From: Bacteroidota bacterium
GTDB taxonomy: Bacteria > Bacteroidota > Bacteroidia > Flavobacteriales_D > Crocinitomicaceae
Length of the DNA stretch: 40,967 nucleotides
Direction of reading: 5' to 3'
NCBI GenBank assembly: GCA_006226555.1
Contig: SBGS01000256.1
Coordinates: 1-40,967, forward strand
Shown here: positions 26,799 through 36,325 of the stretch, piece after piece
Layout of the letters: each line of letters opens with the position of its first letter
Position numbering within the stretch: the stretch's first letter is position 1
The notes under the pieces: model-generated
Database searches by the model: none
What the model was told of the DNA's origin: nothing
What the model saw: only the letters and a program-made list of their open reading frames with translations
Translations under genes and position numbers: made by a program

Positions 26799-29708
26799 AT
26801 GCGTCTACTACTTCTTTTGGGGATTCTCTCCCTTACAAATATTTCAATTGCACAGTCTTGGGAAGATGTTGGAGGTGGAACAAATAACAGTTCTCACGCC
26901 ATGCTTACCTGGAACGGATATCTCGTGAATCTTGGATCATTCAATAATCCGTGTCAGCGCGTGGCGCTTTGGGACGGAACATCATGGAGTTGTCTGGGTA
27001 CTGCTAATATGGGACAAGTGGCAAGAGCCGGAGTCGTTTGGAATGGAAATTTAGTAGTGGTTGGAGATTTCTGGAATACACAGCAACCTTGCGTAGGATG
27101 CAATGGAGTTGCTATGTGGGATGACGTCAATCAGGTATGGACACCTCTGGGTAATGGTGTTAACAATGACGTTTTGTGTGTAACTGTTTACAATGGAGAT
27201 CTCATTATTGGAGGAGATTTTACACAGGCAAGTGGAGTGCCAAGCTCACGAGTGGTAAGATACAATGAAGTAACTGACACGTGGGAATCTATTGGTGCCG
27301 TTACTGATTTTGATAATGACGTACGCTGCATGACCGTTTTTGATGGTGAGTTATGGGTAGGAGGAGATTTTAATAATGTTGGTGGAAACTCGCCAAGCGA
27401 TGGAGTTGTAAAATGGGATGAATCACTTGGTCAATGGGTTGGAGGTAACAGTGGCGTCGATATTGTTGGTGGAGTAAATGAAACCATCCGTGTATTATAT
27501 GTAAATCCAAACGACGGCAATTTGTATATGGGAGGTCATTTTACAGAGATCCATGACGGAGATGCGGCCGCCCCAGATCCCAATATGAGTGGTATTGCAA
27601 TGTACGATGGCTCTAACTGGTATCCTTTAGGTACAGGCTTGAATGATTATGTCAGAGCAATTTATGAATACAATGGTAATTTGATCGCAGGAGGTTATTT
27701 TACCGTGGCAGGTGGTGTTTCGGCTCAAAAAATAGCAAGGTGGAATGGGTCTGCATGGAGTGCTATGGGCGGTGGATTTGATGGATCGGGGATTGATGAA
27801 TATGTTAAATCAGCAATGACCTGGAATGGAATCTTCTTCGCCGGTGGAGCATATACACAAGCTGAAGGTGGTCCAATGAATTATATTGCTCAGTGGTATG
27901 AAGCTCCTACGGTATCGCCAATCGCTTCGATCAACGCTTCTTCAAATACAACATGTACAGGGCAGTGTATTTATTTTCAAGACCAAAGCACAGGAAACCC
28001 AACAACATGGAACTGGAGCTTTCCGGGTGCTGATAATCCTACATCCAGTCTGCAACATCCCGGTGATGTGTGTTATTCTACCCCGGGCAACTATATTGCC
28101 ACCTTGGAAGCATGCAATACGAATGGTTGTACAACGGATCAATTTACGATCGTAGTAAGTAATGCACCACAGGTGACGGCCACAGATGTAGGTTCTTGTG
28201 ATGGACAGACCGTGACACTATCAGCTACGCCTTCCGCAACGGGAGGTACATATCTTTGGTCACCAACAAATGAAACGACAGCAACAATCGTGGTGAATCC
28301 GTCATCAACATCGGATTATACGGTAACATATACATTAAATGGTTGTTCGGGAAGTGATGTTGCAACAGTGACTGTAAGCACTACACCAAATGTTTTGGTT
28401 GCGGATGATGTGATCTGTGCCGGTGAGTCAGCTGTTTTAACTGCTGTTCCGGACATAGGTGGAGGTGATTACAATTGGTTGGCTTCCGGAGAGACAACTG
28501 CTTCAATCACGGTGTCGCCAACTTCATCTACAACATATACATTGGAATATACGCTCAATGGCTGCACTTCAAGTGCATCTTCAGTTGTAACCGTACATGA
28601 GACGTTTAACAGTTCAGAGAATGTGATGGTTTGTCCAAATACCATTCATATCTATCCTGACGGAACGAATGAAATGATCACCGGTCCCTCGACCCACACT
28701 TCAGTGTTGTCCTCGCAGTTTGGTTGCGATTCCATTGTGTTCACAAATGTAAGTTTGTACCCGGAATACAGCGTTTCTGAGCAAGAGACGGTATGTAGCG
28801 GATCTTCCTATACGTACCCAGATGGATTTGTTTCATCGAATATAACAACCAATGAAAGTCATACTTCTCTTCTGTCAAGTTCAAACGGTTGTGATTCTGT
28901 AATTGTAACAACTCTAAATGTTGTAGCTAATTTTCAAAATTCCGAAAACGTATCAGTTTGTTCAGGATCGAGTTATATCTATCCGGACGGAACGGTTTCA
29001 ACAGGTATTACAACAAATGAATCTCATACATCGGTTCTAACAAGTCAGTCTGGTTGTGATTCTATCATTGTAACGAATCTGGCGGTAGATCCCATATATC
29101 AGGAAACGATCAATGTTTCACTTTGTTCTGGAGAATCCTATACGTATCCAGATGGTACAATAGAAAACAATATTACCAGTAATCAATCCCATGTTTCTGC
29201 TTTTCAAACTGTCAATGGATGTGATAGTCTTGTGACCACGATGATCAACATTTCACCGTTACCTTCGGCAGATGTTGTGCTTACCGGAAACACGATAAAT
29301 GCTGTAGAGACAGGAGCGAATTATCAATGGTTAGATTGCGACAATGCATTTAGTCCCATTGCTGGTGAAACGGGTCAAAGCTATTCGCCTGCAAGCTCAG
29401 GAAATTATGCTGTTGAAGTGACAAATCAGAATGGGTGTGTAGCAACGAGTGCTTGTGAGGAAGTACAATTGGTAGGGATTTTAGAGTTAAGTGCGGGAGA
29501 CATAACCATTTATCCAAATCCCACAAATGATTTCATCTCATTTAAGATTGATAATGGAGATATTACCTATTACCTATTTGATATTAACGGTAAGATACTC
29601 GATCATGGAATACTGAACAACGGAGACAGGATAGAAGTCGATCATTTGGAGAGTGGAGTGTACATCTTAAAAGCAAATGAAGTACTGTTCAGAGTTTCTA
29701 AGATCTGA
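26799..29708 (+). CDS. Secreted beta-propeller, PKD, Ig-like modules, Cys-pair repeats and a T9SS type A C-terminal sorting domain protein
   Basis: The signal peptide is 'MRLLLLLGILSLTNISIAQ'. About seven ~50-aa blades of the form 'W(D/N)G..W..LG.G....V.....YNG.LI.GG.F' occupy nt ~26900-27900. 'FQDQSTGNPTTWNWSFPGA...PGNYIATLEACNTNGC' is PKD. The tail 'ITIYPNPTNDFISF...LFDINGKIL...LESGVYILKA' is a type A CTD. Confidence 0.9.
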   Translation: MRLLLLLGILSLTNISIAQSWEDVGGGTNNSSHAMLTWNGYLVNLGSFNNPCQRVALWDGTSWSCLGTANMGQVARAGVVWNGNLVVVGDFWNTQQPCVGCNGVAMWDDVNQVWTPLGNGVNNDVLCVTVYNGDLIIGGDFTQASGVPSSRVVRYNEVTDTWESIGAVTDFDNDVRCMTVFDGELWVGGDFNNVGGNSPSDGVVKWDESLGQWVGGNSGVDIVGGVNETIRVLYVNPNDGNLYMGGHFTEIHDGDAAAPDPNMSGIAMYDGSNWYPLGTGLNDYVRAIYEYNGNLIAGGYFTVAGGVSAQKIARWNGSAWSAMGGGFDGSGIDEYVKSAMTWNGIFFAGGAYTQAEGGPMNYIAQWYEAPTVSPIASINASSNTTCTGQCIYFQDQSTGNPTTWNWSFPGADNPTSSLQHPGDVCYSTPGNYIATLEACNTNGCTTDQFTIVVSNAPQVTATDVGSCDGQTVTLSATPSATGGTYLWSPTNETTATIVVNPSSTSDYTVTYTLNGCSGSDVATVTVSTTPNVLVADDVICAGESAVLTAVPDIGGGDYNWLASGETTASITVSPTSSTTYTLEYTLNGCTSSASSVVTVHETFNSSENVMVCPNTIHIYPDGTNEMITGPSTHTSVLSSQFGCDSIVFTNVSLYPEYSVSEQETVCSGSSYTYPDGFVSSNITTNESHTSLLSSSNGCDSVIVTTLNVVANFQNSENVSVCSGSSYIYPDGTVSTGITTNESHTSVLTSQSGCDSIIVTNLAVDPIYQETINVSLCSGESYTYPDGTIENNITSNQSHVSAFQTVNGCDSLVTTMINISPLPSADVVLTGNTINAVETGANYQWLDCDNAFSPIAGETGQSYSPASSGNYAVEVTNQNGCVATSACEEVQLVGILELSAGDITIYPNPTNDFISFKIDNGDITYYLFDINGKILDHGILNNGDRIEVDHLESGVYILKANEVLFRVSKI
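28599..29258 (+). repeat. Four in-frame tandem ~55-aa Cys-pair repeats within the 969-aa protein
   Basis: The repeats read 'VCPNTIHIYPDGTNEMITGPSTHTSVLSSQFGCDSIVFTNVSL', 'VCSGSSYTYPDGFVSSNITTNESHTSLLSSSNGCDSVIVTTLNV', 'VCSGSSYIYPDGTVSTGITTNESHTSVLTSQSGCDSIIVTNLAV' and 'LCSGESYTYPDGTIENNITSNQSHVSAFQTVNGCDSLVTTMINI'. Confidence 0.85.
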
Positions 29709-30377
29709 TCAGATATATTTTTCTGCTTCTCTTTTTGCAACTCCTTTCAGTTCGATCTGGTCAAGAAAATTCCGGACTGCAGCGGGATCAGTCTTGGAGT
29801 ATTGACGCAATGACCAGCCAATAGCCTTCTGAATGAAGAATTCCTTGATAACATTGAACTCAAGAATTAACGCTTTCAGTAATTCGAAATCCGTTTTGTC
29901 TTTGTATTTGAGCTGAAAGATCAATGTCGAACGCATGAGCCACATGTTTCCGGAATTTCTATAATCCTTTACGATCTGAGTAGTGTACTCAGGGTACTGT
30001 TTTAGAAATTTACCAAGTGTATCAGACGCCAGGAGGTCAACTGTATCCCACCATGATTTGGAAATGATCAATTCCCTTATCTTATACAGGTCATCCGGCT
30101 GAAAGTCCTTTGATCTTCTTTTCTTTAATAGCTCCAACGCGACGTATTGAAATTCCCTTTCTCGCTCATCCCAAAGTGCGAAGATGAGCTCCCAGTGGTT
30201 CAAGTGTCTAACAGAGGGGATCCACTCTTTCAGAATTGCATTGCGTTTGTCAGATTGCACACCTATATAGAAGAAATGGTTCTTCATATAGGCACGCATA
30301 CCTTGTGCCTTTTCCGGATCGGCAACCTTTTCCAGGGCCTCTCTTAAGTAGGAGATAGCCTCGCTAACGGATTGCAT
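29709..30377 (-). CDS. DNA alkylation repair protein (AlkD-like HEAT-repeat family)
   Basis: The 222-aa ORF is all-helical. 'WWDTVDLLA', 'MWLMRSTLIFQL' and 'KAIGWSLRQYSKTDP' resemble the DNA alkylation repair enzyme family signature. Confidence 0.65.
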   Translation of the reverse strand: MQSVSEAISYLREALEKVADPEKAQGMRAYMKNHFFYIGVQSDKRNAILKEWIPSVRHLNHWELIFALWDEREREFQYVALELLKKRRSKDFQPDDLYKIRELIISKSWWDTVDLLASDTLGKFLKQYPEYTTQIVKDYRNSGNMWLMRSTLIFQLKYKDKTDFELLKALILEFNVIKEFFIQKAIGWSLRQYSKTDPAAVRNFLDQIELKGVAKREAEKYI

Positions 30378-31564
30378 CAGATAACCCCGAGTTCCTTTCC
30401 GACTTTGATAAATGCAGCGATCGCCTTGTCCAGATCTTCTCTCGTATGTGCAGCTGATATTTGAGTACGAATACGAGCCTGACCTTTGGCAACAACCGGA
30501 TAGAAGAATCCGATGGCATATACACCCTCTTTCAACAACATATCCGCAAATTTCTGAGAAAGAGCCGCATCATAAAGCATAATAGGAACGATTGGAGAAT
30601 CGCCCGGTTTGATATCAAAGCCTGCTGCTACAATATGTTTTTTGAAGTATTTTGTATTCTCCTCCAAACGGTCTCTTAGCTCCGTTGTAGAGCTCAAAAT
30701 ATCGAATACCTTGTTTGCTGCTCCAACGATAGCCGGAGCAAGAGAATTTGAAAACAAGTATGGTCTGGATCGCTGACGCAACATGGCAATGATCTCTTTT
30801 TTACCGGTAGTATACCCTCCCATTGCACCACCCAGCGCTTTACCGAGTGTTCCTGTAATGATATCTACGCGATCCATAACGTTGTGGTATTCAGGTACTC
30901 CACGACCTGTTTTACCGATAAATCCAGCTGAGTGGCATTCATCTGTCATAACGAGTGCATCATATTTATCAGCAAGATCACAGATCTCATTCATTTTTGC
31001 GATGTCACCATCCATTGAGAAAACGCCATCCGTTACGATGATACGGAAACGTTGATCTTGCGCCTTTTTCAGTTGCTCTTCCAGATCTGCCATATCTGAA
31101 TGTTTGTAGCGGTAACGATGTGCTTTACAAAGACGAACTCCATCGATAATGGAAGCATGGTTCAACTCATCAGAGATGATGGCATCTTCCTCGGAAAACA
31201 ACGGTTCAAATACACCGCCGTTTGCATCGAATGCTGCAGCGTAGAGAATCGTATCCTCAGTACCATAAAACTTGGCGATCTTTTCTTCAAGTTCTTTATG
31301 AATGTCTTGTGTACCGCAGATAAAACGCACGGAAGACATCCCAAAACCATGGGTATCCAAAGTGTCTTTTGCAGCTTGTATTACATCCGGATGAGATGAA
31401 AGACCCAAATAATTGTTTGCACACATGATGACTACATCCTCACCTGTACTAACATGTACGTTGGCTCCTTGTGGAGTTGTAATTATTCGTTCTCTTTTGT
31501 AGAGTCCTGCGTCTTCAATTGCTTTAAGCTCCGTTTGGAGGAAGTCTTTCATTTTTCCGTACAT
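30377..31564 (-). CDS. kbl: Glycine C-acetyltransferase (2-amino-3-ketobutyrate CoA ligase)
   Basis: The alpha-oxoamine synthase motifs '[10 protein letters not shown]', '[11 protein letters not shown]', 'DGVFSMDGD' and 'TLGKALGG' (PLP lysine) are present. Confidence 0.9.
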   Translation of the reverse strand: MYGKMKDFLQTELKAIEDAGLYKRERIITTPQGANVHVSTGEDVVIMCANNYLGLSSHPDVIQAAKDTLDTHGFGMSSVRFICGTQDIHKELEEKIAKFYGTEDTILYAAAFDANGGVFEPLFSEEDAIISDELNHASIIDGVRLCKAHRYRYKHSDMADLEEQLKKAQDQRFRIIVTDGVFSMDGDIAKMNEICDLADKYDALVMTDECHSAGFIGKTGRGVPEYHNVMDRVDIITGTLGKALGGAMGGYTTGKKEIIAMLRQRSRPYLFSNSLAPAIVGAANKVFDILSSTTELRDRLEENTKYFKKHIVAAGFDIKPGDSPIVPIMLYDAALSQKFADMLLKEGVYAIGFFYPVVAKGQARIRTQISAAHTREDLDKAIAAFIKVGKELGVI

Positions 31565-31586
31565 AACCTGACGATTTTTAGTTGCT

Positions 31587-31594
31587 CAAAGATA
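31587..31594 (-). promoter_or_regulatory. Candidate -7 promoter box (TATCTTTG) for kbl
   Basis: The minus strand is an exact TAnnTTTG match, 23 nt upstream of the kbl ATG. Confidence 0.35.
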
Positions 31595-31619
31595 AAAAAA
31601 AGAGCGTTGTCCGTTCAGT

Positions 31620-34103
31620 CTAAAAGTTCCATTTCAGGTTCCTGTTATTCAGTATTGCAAAGGATACTTTCCAGGTGGCATCGAAGGCTGTTTTGTTTCC
31701 GTCTGTAACTACACCGTATATTCCTATGCGCAATCGACGTTTCGAAAATTTAAAATTTCGTTCAAGTCCTGCAAGTAGTTCATAGTGTTGATAATCGAAT
31801 TCAGGAACGTACATGGCACCTCCACCAACTACGAGACCTATTCGGGTTTTCTTCATGAAAGGGATCTTATTGATGATCGCTCCATTATCGTGGTGGACGA
31901 AATGCGCTTCATAATAAATCTTCTCTGTTGGTAAAAGAGTGTCTAATCCCTGAAATGAATAAAGGGGATTTGAGAACCAGATCGGATCACTTCGGCGCTG
32001 AAATTTTCTATCGGCATCTTTTAGTTGTTGCGTGTTTAGAAATAATCCTGTTCGCAAGTGATAGCTGCTTGTTCCCAGTGTTCCGATCTTAAATGTTTGT
32101 AGAACCCCGCCACTCAAGTAATCGTGATTAACATCACTGCCAAACAGATCTGGGATCCCTTTCTCATAGCTTAGGTAAAAAGTAGGCCATTTGGATCCAA
32201 GTACTACTTTACGATACGGTTCTCGCATATACTTCTGAGCGGGAATATATTTGATCGTGAAATCAGCAATAAATGCCTGGTAGGATTCAAATTTGCTGGG
32301 GTCATTGTTTGGTAGAACGCTATCGATGTCAGTTAAAAATTTGTAGCCATCAAGACTGCGTCGTTCAGACATTCTGAAGATACTTTCGAAATAAAATCCG
32401 TTAAAAAGCTCATACTCGTGACCAATATCGAGTTGTGTTGTCTCGATAAAGTTGTCCCGTTTATAGATTTGAGTGATGGCATCGTAACCACGAATAACGT
32501 CAAAGTCATGAGAAAACCCAGCGGATATGGTGCCGAAATGATAAGGGTCATACCTGAAATCCCAGTTTGTTCTTCCTTTTATGTCCTGATTCAGAAAACC
32601 AAATGAAACCTCGGAATAGGAATCCAGCATACGTTCATTGTCCCATTTTTTAAAATAGAAAAAGCCTGGGGAAACCCTTGGTCCTGCAATATATATTGGT
32701 CTTGCTGTACCGGCTATAGAATTGATCGTCCATTGAACCTTTTTTGGTCTGTTCCTATGATCAACGCCCCACCAAATGACTTTCAGGAAAGTAACCTTAT
32801 TAAATACAGCATCGATAGAGTCCAGGTATTCTTTTCGATTGTGATGATCTTGAATACTATCGCGGACTAAAATGTACTCACGTTCCTCAGGGGTAAGCTC
32901 AACTTTTCGCGTTTCTTTCCAATAGGTGCTGTCTTTTTCGTACGCTTCTTTTTCGGTAGCAGCCAGCTCATTATTAAAGAACTTTGGACCAAATTCAGGA
33001 TTGAAATTGTAATTACTAAACGTAGCGATCGTAGTACAAGTAGACGTTTCGTCCGCATATTTTACACCATATTCCAAACGCTGATCCGTGAGTATGCATA
33101 AAGAGTCTCCCGGATGGCTATAGGTTTGCTGTATTCTAAAATAGTCATATACGAGTAGGTTACCCTTCTCCATCTCGAGATCGAGCTTCTGAACCAGCCA
33201 TAATGAGTCGATCACCCAAATGTATCCGGACAAGGTCGTGGTTGCAGTACTTCGTGGAATGATCTTGATCTTATTGATCTTATAACCATTTTCTTCGTAT
33301 TGCTCTTCTAACCTGTATTTATACGACAGTATACCTGGACCTGAAATTGGTGAGCTCACAGGTGTCTGATGCAGATCGTTCAGATACAAAAGGTTCTGAA
33401 AAAAGTTGAAGTTGGATTTTACTGTAGTCGTGTAGTAAAGGTTATTTCGCTTCGAGCCTCTTTGTTCAAATGCCGTTCTGATCTCTTTTACTTTACTGCC
33501 TCCACCAAAATTGCGCACCAGATTCACTTCGATGAGGTTCATGCTGTTGGCCATTTCTTCATCAGCCTTGCGCTGCGCTTCAAATGGGTCTTCTATACGG
33601 TCCTGAGACTCATCTTCGTCCTTCTTTTTATTCGATTTCTCTTTTCGATCGATCTTTTCAGTGGCTTTGATGTATACGTCAACGATGTGAGGTCTTTCCC
33701 ATGGACTGATAGCATCTCTTTTCTTAACCACTTCGAGCATGATATCTCTTCCCGGATTACTCTTTTTGACAGAGACACTAATATCTTCTATCTCTTGAAT
33801 TTTTTGCGGAAAGAGTTGCATGTCCTTTACAACCGGTTGTTCACCTATTGTAACATATGCTTCTCTATCATCATAGCCAGTTGCGCTAAACACAAGGAAA
33901 TACTCATCGGGATAAAGCCACATTTCGTAATAGCCATCTACATCTGCTATGGTACGAAGGTCTGATTGATTCTTTACATAGATCTTAACCGAAGGAATGG
34001 GATATCCCTGCTCATCGGTAACATGGCCTTTCAATAACTGCTGAGCAAAGAGCAATTGGCCCATTGAGCAAAAGAAAAAGATCAAAAGAAATCTCACACC
34101 CAT
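31620..34103 (-). CDS. Carboxypeptidase-like regulatory domain plus large uncharacterised (DUF5686-like) beta-rich protein
   Basis: A signal peptide is followed by 'LKGHVTDEQGYPIPSVKIYVKNQ...ADVDGYYEMWLYPDEYFLVFSATGYD', which is the CarboxypepD_reg pattern. The ~830-aa size and aromatic-rich C-terminal region are consistent with Bacteroidota DUF5686 proteins, a call made from memory rather than a search. Confidence 0.65.
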   Translation of the reverse strand: MGVRFLLIFFFCSMGQLLFAQQLLKGHVTDEQGYPIPSVKIYVKNQSDLRTIADVDGYYEMWLYPDEYFLVFSATGYDDREAYVTIGEQPVVKDMQLFPQKIQEIEDISVSVKKSNPGRDIMLEVVKKRDAISPWERPHIVDVYIKATEKIDRKEKSNKKKDEDESQDRIEDPFEAQRKADEEMANSMNLIEVNLVRNFGGGSKVKEIRTAFEQRGSKRNNLYYTTTVKSNFNFFQNLLYLNDLHQTPVSSPISGPGILSYKYRLEEQYEENGYKINKIKIIPRSTATTTLSGYIWVIDSLWLVQKLDLEMEKGNLLVYDYFRIQQTYSHPGDSLCILTDQRLEYGVKYADETSTCTTIATFSNYNFNPEFGPKFFNNELAATEKEAYEKDSTYWKETRKVELTPEEREYILVRDSIQDHHNRKEYLDSIDAVFNKVTFLKVIWWGVDHRNRPKKVQWTINSIAGTARPIYIAGPRVSPGFFYFKKWDNERMLDSYSEVSFGFLNQDIKGRTNWDFRYDPYHFGTISAGFSHDFDVIRGYDAITQIYKRDNFIETTQLDIGHEYELFNGFYFESIFRMSERRSLDGYKFLTDIDSVLPNNDPSKFESYQAFIADFTIKYIPAQKYMREPYRKVVLGSKWPTFYLSYEKGIPDLFGSDVNHDYLSGGVLQTFKIGTLGTSSYHLRTGLFLNTQQLKDADRKFQRRSDPIWFSNPLYSFQGLDTLLPTEKIYYEAHFVHHDNGAIINKIPFMKKTRIGLVVGGGAMYVPEFDYQHYELLAGLERNFKFSKRRLRIGIYGVVTDGNKTAFDATWKVSFAILNNRNLKWNF

Positions 34104-34232
34104 ATTCCCAAGACGTGCTGACAGTTAAAACGTTACAATAAAGTTAGTCGTTTCAAAAATGTTTGAAAGTTGAATTCAATAGGCGGCGAGAAATCACACC
34201 ATAAGGCTTAACTGAAGGATGAGCGGAGGATA

Positions 34233-34460
34233 TCAGCTATTCTTATTTTTTTGTTGCTCTTCAAGAAACTGGAGATGTTTTTCCATGCGTTTCATCATCC
34301 ATTTTCGCACGAGATACATAAAGAAACATATGATAGGTACGATGTAATAGAACACCCATAATTCGAAACCTTCAACGAATCCCATGATCGTTATTCCTAA
34401 CAAAGAGAGTATTCCGGCGAACAGCCAGAAATACAGCATTATTTTATTGTAAAATTCCAT
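34233..34460 (-). CDS. Small two-TM membrane protein, hypothetical
   Basis: The 75-aa ORF has two hydrophobic helices, 'MLYFWLFAGILSLLGITIMGF' and 'VFYYIVPIICFFMYLV', and a basic tail. It begins 16 nt downstream of lptC. Confidence 0.45.
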   Translation of the reverse strand: MEFYNKIMLYFWLFAGILSLLGITIMGFVEGFELWVFYYIVPIICFFMYLVRKWMMKRMEKHLQFLEEQQKNKNS

Positions 34461-34476
34461 CTTGTAGCAAATGTAA

Positions 34477-35052
34477 TCAATCTTCGTCTAGGTCGAATTT
34501 CCCGACCGGTTCGAGGATCGTATAACGACTGAAATTCTGGGTCGTTCGAATTCCCTTTCCTCTACCGGTAACACCTTTACCTTCCGTTTTAACGATCACG
34601 TTTTTGTCGGTGTAGATCGTACTGTCATTTTGGTTCCAGAATAAGGCCTCAGTTTCCAGATGACGTTTCTTTTTATAGTTCTTCAGGATCACAGAATCAC
34701 GAACAGTCACGATTCCTTTTGCGTAGTTGATCTCACCGTACTGAGCGGTCAGCGTTGAAGCAACTTCCCCTTCTTCATTGTAGAAGTCAACTTTTAAACC
34801 ATCCTTTAATTTAGTAATATGCTGAGGAGTGATGTACGTCTCAGCGATCTTTGCTTCGAGCAAGATCTGGGCATAACCGGAATCTGAATAAATGAGGTGT
34901 AAATCCTGCGTAACCTCGTCTGGTGCAGATGGGTCATAGGTTACCTTTTCGATGGTGTCAAAATCGTTGACACAGGCAGAAAAAAGAATACCTGTCGCGA
35001 ATAACACGACAGGTACACTCTTTATGAAACCTATTGATGAAAAATAATTCAT
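34477..35052 (-). CDS. lptC: LPS export ABC transporter periplasmic protein LptC-like
   Basis: The 191-aa ORF has the N-terminal anchor 'VVLFATGILFSAC'. The OstA-like beta-jellyroll pattern 'LETEALFWNQNDSTIYTDKNVIVKTEGKGVTGRGKGIRTTQNFSRYTI' is typical of Bacteroidota LptC. Confidence 0.6.
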   Translation of the reverse strand: MNYFSSIGFIKSVPVVLFATGILFSACVNDFDTIEKVTYDPSAPDEVTQDLHLIYSDSGYAQILLEAKIAETYITPQHITKLKDGLKVDFYNEEGEVASTLTAQYGEINYAKGIVTVRDSVILKNYKKKRHLETEALFWNQNDSTIYTDKNVIVKTEGKGVTGRGKGIRTTQNFSRYTILEPVGKFDLDED

Positions 35053-35054
35053 TT

Positions 35055-36320
35055 TTAGTTACAAGGACTCACGGATACACCATAACAGCTTAATGTTACT
35101 GATGCCGGATTTCCATTATCGAAGCAATCCTGTGAGGTTGGATAACGGCTTTTGTACGTCGCGATCGTTCCTCCGTCAGCTCCTCCTTGCTGAAGCAATT
35201 GTACAGCATAAATGTTGTTGCACTTACGCTCAAATGTAGTGTTACCACAGTTGTTTGCATTTTGACCAACAGATTGTCCTGCGATGATCAGTGCTTTGTT
35301 TCTGTATTCTCCTGTTACTGACATTGCAGCATTATAAGCAGCAGTGTAACTTCCTCTCTTATATTGATACAAAGCGATTTCGTACTCGAGTTCTTCTTTT
35401 TTGTCAGCGTCATCAGTAAGACCTTTTACAACGTTCAACGTTGAAATAGCTTCGCTATAGTTCTTCTTAGCCGCTAATGCCTTCGCTTTCATATACTGAG
35501 CATCAAACGAATTCGGGTCGATCGAAATTAGTGTATCGATCAATTGGTAGTACTCATCAGACTCAGTACATTCCTTGTCTTCAAGGAGCTTGATGAAATT
35601 CTCTACAGAAGCTTTCTTAACAGCTGGATCTTGAGAGAACTCACCCATAAAGCCTTTCAATTCCGGTAGAATGTCATCACAAGATCTAACTACATTATTG
35701 AAATAGGTAGTAAGATTTTCTTGAGCTTTAACCGACATATTTGCTTCCGCAACTAAACGTGAAAGGTTAAAGTATTCACTGATCATTCTCTTCTTAAGAT
35801 CTGCTTTTTTATCATCACCAGCCTGATACCATAATGAGTACAGGTTGTAATAATAATATGAAACATAAGCTTCTTTTGTTTTTGAACCTTGTGCTGCAAT
35901 ACCGCGTACGAAAAGTTCGTCTGCCTTTGCGTTGTTCGGAGTTGAACTTTGTAATAAGAATACAGCGCGATAAAGGTCATCAGATTTATCGTAAAAGCCT
36001 TTTTCCTCAGCACGATCATATACGCCAATGATCGTATCAATGTATGCTGTTTTTGAAGCTTTATCTGTCTCACTGTTAATCGTGCGGATCAAACTTCCTG
36101 TCAAAATGCTGTATTGCTTTTGATCAAAGTTTCCGCATAATTCTTCACCTTTCAAATAATAAGTAGCTGCTTCCTTCCAGTTTTGAACTTCAACAGCTTT
36201 ACTTCCGAGGAAGCGCATACGATCACACTCTCTATTTTGATCTTCGTCTTGAGCGAAAGTCAGCATCGCGCTGAAAACTAAACTTGAGCCGAGTAAAAGA
36301 TTCTTAATATTCATTTTCAT
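35055..36320 (-). CDS. Secreted helical-repeat (TPR-like) protein with a Cys-rich C-terminus, uncharacterised
   Basis: The signal peptide is 'LLLGSSLVFSAMLTFAQ'. The body is helical with Ala/Tyr/Lys-rich repeats ('WKEAATYYLKGEELC', 'NYSEAISTLNVVKG', 'SYTAAYNAAMSV'). The last ~65 aa contain five Cys. Confidence 0.6.
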   Translation of the reverse strand: MKMNIKNLLLGSSLVFSAMLTFAQDEDQNRECDRMRFLGSKAVEVQNWKEAATYYLKGEELCGNFDQKQYSILTGSLIRTINSETDKASKTAYIDTIIGVYDRAEEKGFYDKSDDLYRAVFLLQSSTPNNAKADELFVRGIAAQGSKTKEAYVSYYYYNLYSLWYQAGDDKKADLKKRMISEYFNLSRLVAEANMSVKAQENLTTYFNNVVRSCDDILPELKGFMGEFSQDPAVKKASVENFIKLLEDKECTESDEYYQLIDTLISIDPNSFDAQYMKAKALAAKKNYSEAISTLNVVKGLTDDADKKEELEYEIALYQYKRGSYTAAYNAAMSVTGEYRNKALIIAGQSVGQNANNCGNTTFERKCNNIYAVQLLQQGGADGGTIATYKSRYPTSQDCFDNGNPASVTLSCYGVSVSPCN

Positions 36321-36325
36321 CAGTT

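Noticed and set aside
28599-29258. A regular ~165-nt periodicity that could be mistaken for a CRISPR-like or satellite array.
   Set aside because: The units lie in frame inside a long ORF, are much more conserved at the protein level than at the DNA level, and have no spacer/repeat structure. They are protein domain repeats.
33543-33658. Highly charged Lys/Asp/Glu-rich insert ('KIDRKEKSNKKKDEDESQDRIEDPFEAQRKADEE') in the DUF5686-like protein.
   Set aside because: This is probably a disordered linker between the N-terminal carboxypeptidase-regulatory-like domain and the rest of the protein. Nothing in the sequence suggests an independent function.
33369-33965. 198-aa plus-strand ORF inside the DUF5686-like gene.
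   Set aside because: It lies entirely antisense to a well-supported 827-aa gene. The Phe/Leu/Ile-rich translation is typical of the antisense of an AT-rich gene, and I see no motifs.
34151-34168. Palindrome TTTCAAA-AATG-TTTGAAA downstream of the small membrane protein gene.
   Set aside because: The 7-bp stem is almost entirely A/T, with one G-C pair, and has no adjacent U-tract. It is too weak to call a terminator or operator.
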